A stretch of DNA of 64,000 bases from Candidatus Freyarchaeum deiterrae (GCA_037305845.1 CP147778.1:1664001-1728000), one strand, 5' to 3'. Counted from the first letter of the stretch, positions 21,235-31,966 are shown. Translations and numbers: made by a program. The notes: generated by a model from the letters alone, not told the origin.

Positions 21235-22323
21235 TTAAAAGGGTGTATAAGCGGTTTCCAATCGGGGGGGGTCCGTTGGATACTCTTCTAAAATGCCCAC
21301 CCTAAATCCTTTCTTTTTAGCTTCTTCTGCAATTCTTTTGGCTATTTCTATTGATGTTTCAATTCTAGATTTTCTAGGGTTAAAGTAAATTAACTTGTCA
21401 GGAGTCTTGTATTTTTTAAGAATCGAATACAGTAAATTTATGTCTTCATCTGATTTGTCAAAGATGATTACTCCCTTTAAAAGAAGTCCTTCTCTAGTAA
21501 TCTTTTCATAAGGTTTGGCAACGTTTTTCGCCCGCCTCAATAATCTGTTCTTAAGCTGCACTCCACCTTTTAATTTCGATGGGCAGTAATGGATGTTTAA
21601 ATCCGTGTTACTCTCCGCCCATTTGAGTAACTCCATTGCAACATTTTCGCTTCCTTCCGCAGCTGCAATACTATTATTTTCTAGTTTGAAACCTCTTTCT
21701 TTCAATTGGAAAGCATTTGTTTCCGCAAATTCAAGCTCATTAATATTCAAAAAGTCGACTCTATATTTTTCAAGTGATTTAATTAGCTTCTTCATGGGCT
21801 CTGTTCCCCCCGGTATCGCTGGTATTTCAACCCCAACGTTTAAGGAACTGTCTACTGAAGCTAAAACCTCACTTGCTTTTTCACTTGAAATATGGAAGCG
21901 CATCTCATCGAGCCCAGCATCAGCCAATCTTTTGATATCATGTTTGTTAATTCGTTTCATTGCCGTGTAAAGATGTATGTGATGAGCTTCTCCAAAGTAA
22001 TCTTTTAAGAGCTGAACGTAGTGAATGGAGCGATTCAATACTAAAAGTGGTTCCCCCCCAGTTATTCCAGTTCCATCCGCACTACTAAGTATCGCTTCAT
22101 TAATTATATCCTCATCATCATGAACTAAACGCTCATTAGCATAAATAACGTCTCTTCCCTTTCGTTCGTACGAAATTGGGCAGTACCATGAACAAGTTAC
22201 CGGATTTTCGCATAAACCAGTCACAAACAAAACCAGTTTACCTCCCCTCATACACAACTGGCAACCCTGAGAAAGCCCCCCGATAAAAATTGACCCGCCT
22301 ATAGTTTTGGTAAGTTTACGCAA
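21235..22323 (-). CDS. Radical SAM protein
   Basis: GC..C..G.KLVLFVTGLC, YCP, TGGEPL; cysteine spacing is CX5CX3C. Confidence 0.85.
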   Translation of the reverse strand: MRKLTKTIGGSIFIGGLSQGCQLCMRGGKLVLFVTGLCENPVTCSWYCPISYERKGRDVIYANERLVHDDEDIINEAILSSADGTGITGGEPLLVLNRSIHYVQLLKDYFGEAHHIHLYTAMKRINKHDIKRLADAGLDEMRFHISSEKASEVLASVDSSLNVGVEIPAIPGGTEPMKKLIKSLEKYRVDFLNINELEFAETNAFQLKERGFKLENNSIAAAEGSENVAMELLKWAESNTDLNIHYCPSKLKGGVQLKNRLLRRAKNVAKPYEKITREGLLLKGVIIFDKSDEDINLLYSILKKYKTPDKLIYFNPRKSRIETSIEIAKRIAEEAKKKGFRVGILEEYPTDPPRLETAYTPF

Positions 22324-22333
22324 AACATCACCT

Positions 22334-23041
22334 TCACTTAGCCCTCATACGGTTACGCACAACAGAATCCTTATCCGAGATTCTTTTTAATACTTGTTCA
22401 AAGTTCTCATCTCTATCCAGAACTTTTTTAAGATAAACTCCTGTCCGCCCAACTTTATCACGCTTCATTAGCACCCTCACCCTCTGATTAACTATATCCA
22501 AACTAACACCCAAAATTTTGGCTGCGAGCGCTTCTCTTCCTACTACCGGGCTTTCTAAATGGCCTTTTTCAGTAGGTTCTATCAACATCAATCTTTTATC
22601 AACCCCAGGGACTCTTTTTTCTTGTTTCAAACCTTCTAAATATAATGCCCCACCAAAAAAATAAAATTCGTTTTCCAAGCGTCTGAGGTTTACCAACGGG
22701 AAGGATAAACTCACTTTATCTTCGAGATATATGTACGCCTTGGGAGCATATTGAGGAGTTGCTTGAACAATTTCTCTAGAAAAAAAATCCGTTTTAATTT
22801 TTTGAAGGGCACGTTCGACCATAAAGGATGAAACTACATAAGGTATGAAAATGTCTATATCGCTGCTTTCTTTTACATCTCCTCTAGCTAGACTACCATG
22901 GGTAATTGTTGAAATACTATATTCAGATAGATCTTCCATAATGTTAATTGCCTTCTCTCTTAACCTTTTCAAAAGTTTCCATCTTTTAGTATTATATAAT
23001 ATTTCGATTTTATCTCCGACAATTATTGGCTTTTCTACCAT
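22334..23041 (-). CDS. Pol-beta superfamily nucleotidyltransferase domain protein
   Basis: HGSLARGDV...SDID and RVPGVDKRL. Confidence 0.85.
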   Translation of the reverse strand: MVEKPIIVGDKIEILYNTKRWKLLKRLREKAINIMEDLSEYSISTITHGSLARGDVKESSDIDIFIPYVVSSFMVERALQKIKTDFFSREIVQATPQYAPKAYIYLEDKVSLSFPLVNLRRLENEFYFFGGALYLEGLKQEKRVPGVDKRLMLIEPTEKGHLESPVVGREALAAKILGVSLDIVNQRVRVLMKRDKVGRTGVYLKKVLDRDENFEQVLKRISDKDSVVRNRMRAK

Positions 23042-23417
23042 CGGAAACCACCTAAATTTAAACTTTAACACAATCTTCTAATACGTTTAAAACAAGGCTT
23101 ATGCTCCCTTACTAGCGAGGTTTTAACTTAATCCCATCTAAATACACACTTAAATCCCTAATACTTTTATAGATATTTACTTCAGGTGCCCCCAAAGATG
23201 AATTTAGAAAGACTATTTTTTAAAAAATTTTTTAAATAGTCAAATTTAACATTTAAAATCCTTTGTAAAAAAACTGGGTTCTTTTTCAGAGGATAATTTT
23301 TTAAGCAGTACTTAATCTGTTATTCTAAAATATTCTGAAAGTTGTTAAACGTTTAAACACTAAATTGAAATTCCACTAATTATAAACTTTGATTCTAAAA
23401 GAATGAAGGGGTAATCT

Positions 23418-24617
23418 TTGGCCGACACTTATTTTATTCTTGCGGCGGTTTTTATTTTTTGGATTATTTTATTTATTATAGCTAGGTATTTGCATCTAGA
23501 AAAATATGGTTTGGACGCATTCCCCGGCGTTTTAATGTATAGAACCAAGAGATTTAATAACATTATTTCGAGAATTGCCAAAAAATCCCCAAAAACCTGG
23601 AAAGCCATTGGGACTTTAGGGGTGGCATTAAGTTATGCTGCGCTCGGCTACGGTATTATTCTCTTTCTATCAAATTTAATTAACGCTTTTGTTCAACCAC
23701 AATTATCAGGTCCATTGGTACCAATAATCCCTGGAATTACCATAACTGGCATCTCAATAATCTACGTATTAATAGCTATTGCTATAACACTAATAACTCA
23801 CGAACTAGCACACGGAATAGCTGCCATTGCGGAAGGACTTCCCATAAAGTCAGCAGGCCTATTGCTTCTCATCATTATACCTGGTGGCTTCGTAGAATTA
23901 GATGAAAAAGCGATGAAAAAATCCTCTTCACGTTCTCGATTTAGAATATTTAGTGCCGGATCAGCAACTAATATTGCAACCGCCCTATTAGCGTTCTTGA
24001 TTGTCACCAACTTTGCGTTTGCTATATCCCCTTGGTACGGGCCTTCAATTGGTGCTTATGTTTATAATGTTGCTCCCTACTCTCCTGCAAACTTTAACAT
24101 CCCACCCTCTACAGTAATATATGCAGTAAATGGCACCCCAATAATTTCGGACTCCGGCCTCAGCTTATATCTCGCAAATGTTAAACCCTTTGAAACAATA
24201 GTATTAGACACCAGCATAGGTAGAATTACCCTAAATACAACCATCAACCTCCAAAATCCAACTCGTGGATATATTGGAATTTACACCCACCCATTTTATT
24301 TGCCATACCCTTCAGTATGGGGGCTAGGAATAAGCTTTCAAAACTACCTCTATTTCACATTATTTTGGATTTTTATTGTTACATTTAGCGTAGCCATGTT
24401 CAACATGCTTCCCATCTACGCCTTTGACGGAGATAAGCTGTTTGAAGAAGTGATAAGAAACATAGTGCCAAAAGAGAATAAACTAAAAATTGGGAAAAAA
24501 TCCTATTCGAAAAGAAAAATTTTAATTAATGTTGCACGTATAGTTGCAATCTCCCTGATTGTAGCTAATTTTATTTTCCCTCTGCTAGCTGTAGGCTATA
24601 CCCCCTTCCCCTTCTAG
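23418..24617 (+). CDS. Site-2 protease (M50) with PDZ-like insert
   Basis: HELAH, AG...N, NMLP...FDG; transmembrane helices. Confidence 0.92.
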   Translation: MADTYFILAAVFIFWIILFIIARYLHLEKYGLDAFPGVLMYRTKRFNNIISRIAKKSPKTWKAIGTLGVALSYAALGYGIILFLSNLINAFVQPQLSGPLVPIIPGITITGISIIYVLIAIAITLITHELAHGIAAIAEGLPIKSAGLLLLIIIPGGFVELDEKAMKKSSSRSRFRIFSAGSATNIATALLAFLIVTNFAFAISPWYGPSIGAYVYNVAPYSPANFNIPPSTVIYAVNGTPIISDSGLSLYLANVKPFETIVLDTSIGRITLNTTINLQNPTRGYIGIYTHPFYLPYPSVWGLGISFQNYLYFTLFWIFIVTFSVAMFNMLPIYAFDGDKLFEEVIRNIVPKENKLKIGKKSYSKRKILINVARIVAISLIVANFIFPLLAVGYTPFPF

Positions 24618-24649
24618 TTTACCCTCTTAAAATAGGAGGATAATATTTA

Positions 24650-25576
24650 TTGAACTCGTGCAAAAAATGCTCAAAAAACGCAGTGGTTTTCTTGCCCTAC
24701 TCAGGAGAAAAACTATGCCGTAAATGTTTTCTAAACTCTATTGAAAAAAGAGTTCAAAAAGAAATATCTCAATCTAAACTACTAAAAAGATCAGATAGTA
24801 TCGGAATTGCTTTATCCGGCGGAAAGGATAGCGTAACACTTTTACACATTTTGCATAAAATTGAAAGCGTTTTCCCTGAAAGCAAATTATCTATAATTCA
24901 TATCGATGAGGGCATATCTCAATACAGTGAAAAAAATCTAAAAGCAGTCAAGGAGAATGCCTCTGAATTAGATATACCCCTCATCAACGCTTCTTACAGA
25001 AAAATATACGGTAAAACACTCGACGAAATTATTAAACATGCTGAAAAAAGTGAGAATAAACGATTAGGCGCCTGTTCCTACTGTGGAGTGCTTAGACGAA
25101 AAGCTCTGAACAAAACCGCTTACGAAGCTAACGTAGATTGTATCGCTACCGCTCATAATCTAGATGACGAAACCCAAACAATAATCCTAAATCTTCTTAG
25201 AGGTGACCTAAACCGGCTTGTAAGAAACAATCCAACACCCAGAAAAATACACCCAAAACTAGTTCCACGTATAAAGCCTCTAAGGACGGTTCCAGAAAAA
25301 GAAACCACCCTATACGCATTCTACAAAAACTTGAAACACAATTCAAAACCATGCCCCTACGCAACCGAAGCATACCGAGATGATATACGCGTCTTCCTTA
25401 ACCAAATAGAAAGAAAAAGACCCGGCACAAAATACAGCATATTACGCCTTTATGACAAACTAAGCCCTCAAATCACAATTGACAAAAATTCAATTCAGGA
25501 ATGCGCAGTCTGCGGGGAGCCTTCCGTAGAAAAAACATGCAAATCATGCCAACTATTAGAAAAAATATCACCATAA
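24650..25576 (+). CDS. ncsA: tRNA 2-thiolation protein NcsA/Ctu1
   Basis: SGGKDS, CSYCGV.RR, TAHNLDD, CPY; terminal zinc fingers. Confidence 0.9.
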   Translation: MNSCKKCSKNAVVFLPYSGEKLCRKCFLNSIEKRVQKEISQSKLLKRSDSIGIALSGGKDSVTLLHILHKIESVFPESKLSIIHIDEGISQYSEKNLKAVKENASELDIPLINASYRKIYGKTLDEIIKHAEKSENKRLGACSYCGVLRRKALNKTAYEANVDCIATAHNLDDETQTIILNLLRGDLNRLVRNNPTPRKIHPKLVPRIKPLRTVPEKETTLYAFYKNLKHNSKPCPYATEAYRDDIRVFLNQIERKRPGTKYSILRLYDKLSPQITIDKNSIQECAVCGEPSVEKTCKSCQLLEKISP

Positions 25577-25627
25577 AACCAGTAGTCTCAAAAAATATTT
25601 TTTTAATCACACGGATAATTTATTATA

Positions 25628-25995
25628 GGTGGCGAGTCCTGAAGCTCGACATCCCGCACTACCAGCGTATCTGACACCTATTCTCCAATCCGGGATTCTG
25701 GAAGCACCGAGCGTTCAGAGTTAGGTTGCTCCATCAGGGCGCCGACCTAAATTATGCCAGCGTTCTCCCGGGCCTAACCGGTTTCCCTAATGAAGGATAA
25801 ACATACTTTCCCTACGAAAAGCTGTTACCCACCGTCGATCCTCCAGTGCGGATTTTCACTGCCTCGGAGACAGACCGTTTTGGCAGATTGGATATGCCTC
25901 ACATCAGCTTTCGGCCCGCCATATAGAGGATTTGCGGTCGAGAGGAGAACCTCTCTCAGGCAACCCCTATTTGCCCGCCTAGACAAGCCACCACC
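25628..25995 (-). ncRNA. ffs: SRP (7S) RNA with a 32-nt BHB intron at 25733-25764
   Basis: Termini pair (GGTGGTG/CGCCACC); Alu loop-loop complementarity ATAGGGG/CCTCTAT; helix 6 GTAG loop; helix 8 GGTTAGGCCC...GGAGCAACC split by the insert. Confidence 0.93.
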
Positions 25996-26129
25996 TAATT
26001 GAAGTCCCTCACAAAAATATAAACATTTCTTTTCCATATTTTAATCAACCATTAAGCAGTTTAAATAAAAAAATAACAAAATATTACTCTTTAAAAATCA
26101 TAATCAGAATATAGCTTCAAAGAGAGAAA

Positions 26130-26305
26130 TGGCGCAGAGAGCGGGGATTTCCTGACCAAAAAATTTTTTTGACCACTTCGAACCCGCGTTCCCCTCACGG
26201 GGAACTGGCTTAGCAGGCGTGCACCCGAAGAACAGTTGCTCCTCTAGTCAGCGCCGTACCGTTCCCATTCCACACAAAGCTAGGTGAAATCTTGGCTATC
26301 TCTGC
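26130..26305 (-). tRNA. tRNA-Ser(GCT) with three introns: 26262-26290, 26219-26248, 26147-26176
   Basis: Acceptor GCAGAGA/TCTCTGC, G73, CCA, long variable arm; intron removal gives an 87-nt cloverleaf. Confidence 0.88.
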
Positions 26306-26498
26306 GCCTTTTTTTAGATGGTTATTCATAGTTCTGTACTTGTTTTTAACTTTTTTTGGTGCTTATTATTTTTGGATGGTATACCGAGTCTAGTGGATAG
26401 AAAAAGTTAAGTGTTGTATTAGATTACCATATTTTGCGAAGTATTGGTGTTGATGAGTTTATTATATTGCGGCATGTTAATCGACTGGAGGCCCGGAC

Positions 26499-27143
26499 TT
26501 GTCTAATGAATTACTTCCCGGTATACATCCTACGCGAATGGAACTTCTAATTCTCAAGAAAAGAAAGAATCTTGCCGAAAAGGGACATGACTTATTGAAG
26601 GAAAAGAGAGACGCTCTGATAATGGAGTTTTTTGATATTCTGGAAGATATCCGAAAATTGAGGACCGATGTTAATAATGCGCTTAAAGAAGCCTATGATG
26701 CATTAGCTACTGCTAAAATGGTAATGGGGCCTCTTAAGGTGGAAGAAGTCGCCACAAGCGTCCCTCCTATACTAGAGTTGGACGTAAGTACTAGAAATGT
26801 TATGGGTGTTCGCGTTCCCCTCTTAAGGGTGGAAGAAAAATCCGAGTCTACCTCAATTTCTTCTTATGGGTTTACAGATACTTCTGCAAAACTGGATGAA
26901 GCGGTTGAAAAATTCAGAAATGCTTTAAAAGCAATAATCCGGTTGGCAGAAACTGAAGCTGCGGTTAAACGGTTAGCCGAAGAAATTGAAAAAACTAAAA
27001 GACGTGTTAACGCCTTAAAGTACATCATTATCCCTCGCATAACAAACACCATTCAATTCATTGAATTGCACTTAGAGGAGAGGGAACGAGAAGACTTGTT
27101 CCGAATGAAAAGAATAAAATCAATTTTGGCCGCAAAAGCCTAG
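26499..27143 (+). CDS. atpD: A/V-type ATP synthase subunit D
   Basis: PTRMEL, GHDLLKEKRDAL, KTKRRVNAL. Confidence 0.96.
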   Translation: MSNELLPGIHPTRMELLILKKRKNLAEKGHDLLKEKRDALIMEFFDILEDIRKLRTDVNNALKEAYDALATAKMVMGPLKVEEVATSVPPILELDVSTRNVMGVRVPLLRVEEKSESTSISSYGFTDTSAKLDEAVEKFRNALKAIIRLAETEAAVKRLAEEIEKTKRRVNALKYIIIPRITNTIQFIELHLEEREREDLFRMKRIKSILAAKA

Positions 27144-27248
27144 AAGCTGCCCCATTAATGCTTCATGAAACAATTTTGAGAATTGATGACCTTGAGCGGC
27201 AATCAATTTTTTTTAAAAGTTTTTAGAAAAGTAATGAAGATAAAAAAA

Positions 27249-27590
27249 CTATTTTTTAACCAAAAGTATTGCTTTGGCTAGATTTCCGTCTGCTTGTATG
27301 AGTGCCTGCTTTGCTTCTTCCTCTGTTACGTCTGCTTGTTGTGCCACTAGTTGTATATCTGCTTGTGAAATTTCTTTTTCTCTACTTTCCTGCGGCTCTT
27401 TTTCTTGGACGTTTCCAGTAATCTGAAAAACAGTTTGTTTTGCAATCTCGAGTCGGGTGACTTGGGGGGAGCTTATGATTATGTCCTTGTTAGGGCACTT
27501 GATTACCACTTCGCTAGCATTTATCTCTACAGGTTTAATACCCATTTGTTGCATTGCTTTCTTCATTTGTCGTGGATTTACATGACGCAT
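27249..27590 (-). CDS. nac: Nascent polypeptide-associated complex protein
   Basis: NPRQMKKAMQQMG; UBA domain DIQLVAQQA. Confidence 0.93.
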   Translation of the reverse strand: MRHVNPRQMKKAMQQMGIKPVEINASEVVIKCPNKDIIISSPQVTRLEIAKQTVFQITGNVQEKEPQESREKEISQADIQLVAQQADVTEEEAKQALIQADGNLAKAILLVKK

Positions 27591-27647
27591 TTAGTAACCT
27601 CCATTCAAATCTACCATTAATTCTTAAACATTTTTTGGGGCAGAGTC

Positions 27648-28127
27648 CTATAATTTGCTAATCCTAATTTTAACAGCAACCCCTGCTTGGAATGCCCGCA
27701 TTTCTTTTTCGCTAAGGATTGCTTTGCCAACTGCTATTAAATTGTCATCAGGGTCTACAACTATCACTTCATCGCCTGGTCTTATATTAGGATCCGCATC
27801 TATAATATGTTTGGCAAATACACTACGCCCTTGTATTATAAAAGGAACTATATCTTTTAAAATTATTACTCTTAATTTTGGTTTTTTAGTGTTTTCTAGT
27901 ATCATTTCTGCTCCTTTAAGATGAAGTGCTATTTTTCCATCGTTTGCACGGATGGTTGCGAGCAAGTTCCCATCAAGATAAACAAATCTAATCTTGCCTG
28001 TTTTTGGTGAATGCGATATGGTAATTTCCCTTGGAAACAGTTTATCTCCGATTCCCGGAAAAAATTGGTAATCCGCAATGCATCGGAGTTTTCTAAGTGT
28101 CTGATACTTCGCCTCAATTGTTTTCAA
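27648..28127 (-). CDS. PUA-domain protein (resembles the C-terminus of archaeosine TGT)
   Basis: IADYQF, GRSVFAKH, IRPGDEV, G.AVK.R. Confidence 0.85.
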   Translation of the reverse strand: MKTIEAKYQTLRKLRCIADYQFFPGIGDKLFPREITISHSPKTGKIRFVYLDGNLLATIRANDGKIALHLKGAEMILENTKKPKLRVIILKDIVPFIIQGRSVFAKHIIDADPNIRPGDEVIVVDPDDNLIAVGKAILSEKEMRAFQAGVAVKIRISKL

Positions 28128-28983
28128 TCAAATTACATCCTTTTGCTCGAACTTCCAAGTCGAAAACCATATGGTCGATGCTTGGGGCGTATTTTTTTAC
28201 TCTTTTAAAATTCAAGCGTTTAATTTTAAAAGATTTCTGTTCGACCATCATTTTTATTATCTTTAACTTTTCTTGTAGTTGCCTCTTTGGAAATGCTTCA
28301 TGGTAGTGTATGATACCGCCGCTTTTTTTAAGGGAATTAAACGCGGTATCTAAATAGTTTTCAGTTCCAGTTACCAAGCCCATAATTACCCTGTCAGCAA
28401 CGCCAACCGGCGCGACTTCTCTGCAATCCCCTAGAATTGGTTCAACTATACCAACAACTTTATTCAATAAAATGTTTACAACTAAATATTTATACGCTTC
28501 AGGATTTATTTCAACTGCATACACTTTAAAAGGTTTAGAATGTACTGCAATTGGAATCGAGAATTGACCTACACATGAAAAAAGATCAACTACTACTTCT
28601 CCTTCTTGTACTAGCTGACCCAATCTTAAACGTTCATTACTATTGCCTGGCGAAAAAAGTATTTTAAATGGATCCAGTTTAAAAACGCAGTGGTTTTCCT
28701 TATAAAGGGTCTCTGTGCTGCCCCCTCCGGCTATTATCTTTAGCTGGGGGATACGCATCTCTCCTTGCGGGGGAGTAAGCTTTCTCGCTACAATTTTCGC
28801 TCGTTTTTCTATTTTAGTGAATTCAACGCCAATTTCATGTTCATAAGGCAAAAGTTCCGGTTTAATATTACAAATTAAAATATCACCTAAAAGTTGCCAA
28901 CAGTGAGGAATAAGATCTAAAAGTTCATCAGGAATAACTGGTTCCAAGAGCTTTTTTAACCGCTTCCAAGAAGGACTTACCAA
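28114..28983 (-). CDS. Trm5/Taw2-family SAM-dependent tRNA modification enzyme
   Basis: ENHC.F.LD, FSPGN..ER, DLFSCVGQF, EINP, ADRVIMG. Confidence 0.85.
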   Translation of the reverse strand: MVSPSWKRLKKLLEPVIPDELLDLIPHCWQLLGDILICNIKPELLPYEHEIGVEFTKIEKRAKIVARKLTPPQGEMRIPQLKIIAGGGSTETLYKENHCVFKLDPFKILFSPGNSNERLRLGQLVQEGEVVVDLFSCVGQFSIPIAVHSKPFKVYAVEINPEAYKYLVVNILLNKVVGIVEPILGDCREVAPVGVADRVIMGLVTGTENYLDTAFNSLKKSGGIIHYHEAFPKRQLQEKLKIIKMMVEQKSFKIKRLNFKRVKKYAPSIDHMVFDLEVRAKGCNLIENN

Positions 28984-29087
28984 AAGAATCCACCCTGCGA
29001 GAAATTCAACTTAAAAATGAGTTTTGTTTGCCTAAAGTTAAAAATAATTTTTGATTAATAAGGTGAGTCCAATAGTATTTAGATAAG

Positions 29088-30293
29088 TTAAGCATACATT
29101 CCCACTGGGCCTTCTCCACAGGAAATTGCTTTGCCGAGAACCTTTTTTATTGCTTCTTCGAACTCTTTTTGGCTCACGCTTATTTTGTTTTGGCGAATCG
29201 CGAACATACCTGCTTCAGTACAAATTGCTTTAATGTCCGCTCCAGAACAGTTTTCAGTTATTGGAACTAATTTTTTGAAATCAACTTCTTTCTCAACATT
29301 CATCCGCCGTGTATGTATTTTAAAAATATCTAACCTCGCTGTCTCACTAGGCAACGGGAATTCGATTATTCGGTCAAAACGTCCAGGGCGAAGAAGTGCT
29401 GAATCAAGGATGTCTGGGCGGTTTGTAGCTGCAATTACGCGGACTTCACCTCGGACATCAAATCCATCTAAAACGCTTAAGAGTTGCATCAAAGTCCTTT
29501 GAACCTCACGGTCTCCACTAGTGGCGATTTCAAGTCTCTTGCCTCCAATAGCGTCAATTTCATCAAGGAACACTATACTAGGCGATTTATTTTTAGCCAT
29601 CTGAAAAATCTCTCTAACCAGCCTTGCGCCTTCACCGATAAACTTCTGAACCAATTCTGATCCAATAACTCTTATGAAGGTCGCTTTAGTTTCATGGGCT
29701 ACAGCTCTCGCAAGAAGCGTTTTACCCGTACCTGGGGCACCAGTCAAAAGTACTCCTTTCGGAGGGTCTATTCCAACTTTTTCAAATAATTCTGGATGGC
29801 TTAGGGGCAACTCAACGGTTTCTTTCATTTCCCTAATTTGCTCTTCTAATCCACCAATGTCAGCATATGCAACTGGTGGGGCTTCCTCAACCTCCATTCC
29901 TCTAACAAATGGATCTCGAGTTGCTGGCAATATTTCTACCACTGCAAATGTTCTTTGGTTTAAGGCTACTCTCGTTCCTGGCGATAAATCTTTTTCGGGT
30001 ATGCTTTTAGAGACATGAACAACAAAGTGCGGTCCAGTTGAACTTTTTACTACTATCCGATTATCCGTTAGCACGTCTATTATGGTCGCTGCGATTAGAG
30101 GCGGTTGTCTTATTTTGTCAATTTCAGTTCTAAGCGAATGAATTTCACGTTCAAGTCTCATACGCTCCGCATCGAGCCATTGTTTTTCGGTCTCAAGCGC
30201 TCTAAGTCTTTTCTCAATATGCCGTGTATAAGAGAGCAGATAAGACGTATCAGAATTGTAAACATGTTTTCCCGAATCAGTAGAATCTGGCAA
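29088..30293 (-). CDS. pan: Proteasome-activating nucleotidase
   Basis: Coiled coil, [20 protein letters not shown]-terminal MYA (HbYX). Confidence 0.97.
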   Translation of the reverse strand: MPDSTDSGKHVYNSDTSYLLSYTRHIEKRLRALETEKQWLDAERMRLEREIHSLRTEIDKIRQPPLIAATIIDVLTDNRIVVKSSTGPHFVVHVSKSIPEKDLSPGTRVALNQRTFAVVEILPATRDPFVRGMEVEEAPPVAYADIGGLEEQIREMKETVELPLSHPELFEKVGIDPPKGVLLTGAPGTGKTLLARAVAHETKATFIRVIGSELVQKFIGEGARLVREIFQMAKNKSPSIVFLDEIDAIGGKRLEIATSGDREVQRTLMQLLSVLDGFDVRGEVRVIAATNRPDILDSALLRPGRFDRIIEFPLPSETARLDIFKIHTRRMNVEKEVDFKKLVPITENCSGADIKAICTEAGMFAIRQNKISVSQKEFEEAIKKVLGKAISCGEGPVGMYA

Positions 30294-30629
30294 TAGACTA
30301 CCTCCAAGTTGACATTAACCTTCCAAATATATTTAATATTTTTGGTAAATTCAAGAATTCCAGGTACTTTTTTCCCAATATTATCCCCAAATAAATAAAT
30401 ACAAGAGTATTTTTTGCTCGTTTAATATATATTAAATTTACAGAAAAATATTATTAAATAATTTTAGAAATAAAAAAAAGATGTTAATTAAAACCTGTTT
30501 TTGTATACTTAAAACTAGTCTATAGTTATACTAACTCTCAGTGAATGTATGGCTCTAGTTAAAGTCATGATTCCATAACATACTTTATTATACAGTATTC
30601 CTATAATTATTTTAGAGGAGGCCTTATTC

Positions 30630-31166
30630 TTGTTGTGTGAGGTCTGTGGTCAAAAGATAATAGGAAAAGGCAAATACGTGAATATCGAAGGTGCTAATCT
30701 AATTGTTTGTGAAAACTGTGAACGGTTTGGAGATTCTTCAAGGATATCAGTTACACGCCCTCCAAAGCCCAAAATAAATAAAATTACTAGCCCCCCAAAA
30801 ATTATGACGCTTAAAAAACCTAAGACCAAAAGTTTTGTTAAAAAAGATTTCCTTCCGAATTCCTATGAATTAGTAGATGATTATATGGACAAAATTCGAA
30901 AAGCTCGAGAAGAAAAGGGTTTATCTCATGAAGAATTAGCAAAGAAAATCAATGAGAGAGTTTCCATTATAAAGAAAATAGAAACAGGCAAAATGTACCC
31001 ATCTGAAAAAATAATCAGGAAACTGGAAAAAGAACTTCAAATTGATATTTATACTCCTCTAGATTCTAAGGATGAAGCTGTCGGGACCAAGGAAGATCGT
31101 AAAGGGTTAACATTAGGTGATGTTGTTAACATTAAAAAGAAAAATAGCAACAATATACAACAGTAA
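30630..31166 (+). CDS. mbf1: Multiprotein bridging factor aMBF1
   Basis: CEVCG zinc ribbon, HTH, TLGD. Confidence 0.93.
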   Translation: MLCEVCGQKIIGKGKYVNIEGANLIVCENCERFGDSSRISVTRPPKPKINKITSPPKIMTLKKPKTKSFVKKDFLPNSYELVDDYMDKIRKAREEKGLSHEELAKKINERVSIIKKIETGKMYPSEKIIRKLEKELQIDIYTPLDSKDEAVGTKEDRKGLTLGDVVNIKKKNSNNIQQ

Positions 31167-31326
31167 GCTGCTTATCAAGCGGGATCTAATTTCTAAAAAA
31201 TGAATTATAAAACTTATCTTAAGCAATAGAAGTAAAAAATATTATTGACTATTTATATACAATATCTAAGAAACACATTAAAAAACTGGTTCCTTAACTG
31301 TCCTTCTGTTTCTGAGGTTTTCAAAT

Positions 31327-31920
31327 ATGGAAAAGGCATCAAACAATTATACTTCTGATTCAAATCTTGTTGCAAATACATCAAAGACATCAAAACAAAA
31401 ATTATTTGCTTTAAGATTAGATCATCGTCCTCACAGAGACATGCGTGTGTCGACCCATATCGCGCTCGTTGCAAGAGCTTTTGGTATGGACGGCATCTTT
31501 TTTAGTGGCGTTCCTGATACAAAATTACGCGAAAAAATTAACGAGGTTAGCAAAAACTTTGGAGGCGATTTTTTAATAAAAACCGGTTGTGAGTGGAAAA
31601 AAGTTATAAAAGATTGGCAAGCACAAGGAGGAGAAATAATTCATCTCACAATGTATGGACTGCCTCTTCCAGAAGTTATTGAAAAAATTGTCAAATCATC
31701 AAAAGATAAGCTAATAGTGGTAGGCGGACCAAAGGTCCCAAGTGAATTTTATTCTATTGCAAACTATAACGTATCTATAACTAATCAACCACATTCAGAA
31801 ATAGCTGCACTGGCGGTTTTTCTAGATTATTATAGTAAAGGAAATGAATTTAATTTAGAATTTAAAAATGCGAAATTAAAAATAATTCCATGCGAAAGGG
31901 GGAAAAAATTCGCAACTTGA
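31327..31920 (+). CDS. trm56: tRNA (cytidine56-2'-O)-methyltransferase
   Basis: HR..RD.RVSTH, HLTMYG, NQPHSE. Confidence 0.95.
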   Translation: MEKASNNYTSDSNLVANTSKTSKQKLFALRLDHRPHRDMRVSTHIALVARAFGMDGIFFSGVPDTKLREKINEVSKNFGGDFLIKTGCEWKKVIKDWQAQGGEIIHLTMYGLPLPEVIEKIVKSSKDKLIVVGGPKVPSEFYSIANYNVSITNQPHSEIAALAVFLDYYSKGNEFNLEFKNAKLKIIPCERGKKFAT

Positions 31921-31966
31921 AGTATCAATTTTCTTTTTAATAAAACTTAAAGAGGAGCTTGGAAAA

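Noticed and set aside
25790-26037. 70-aa ORFs on both strands
   Set aside because: They overlap the SRP RNA gene and have no protein features
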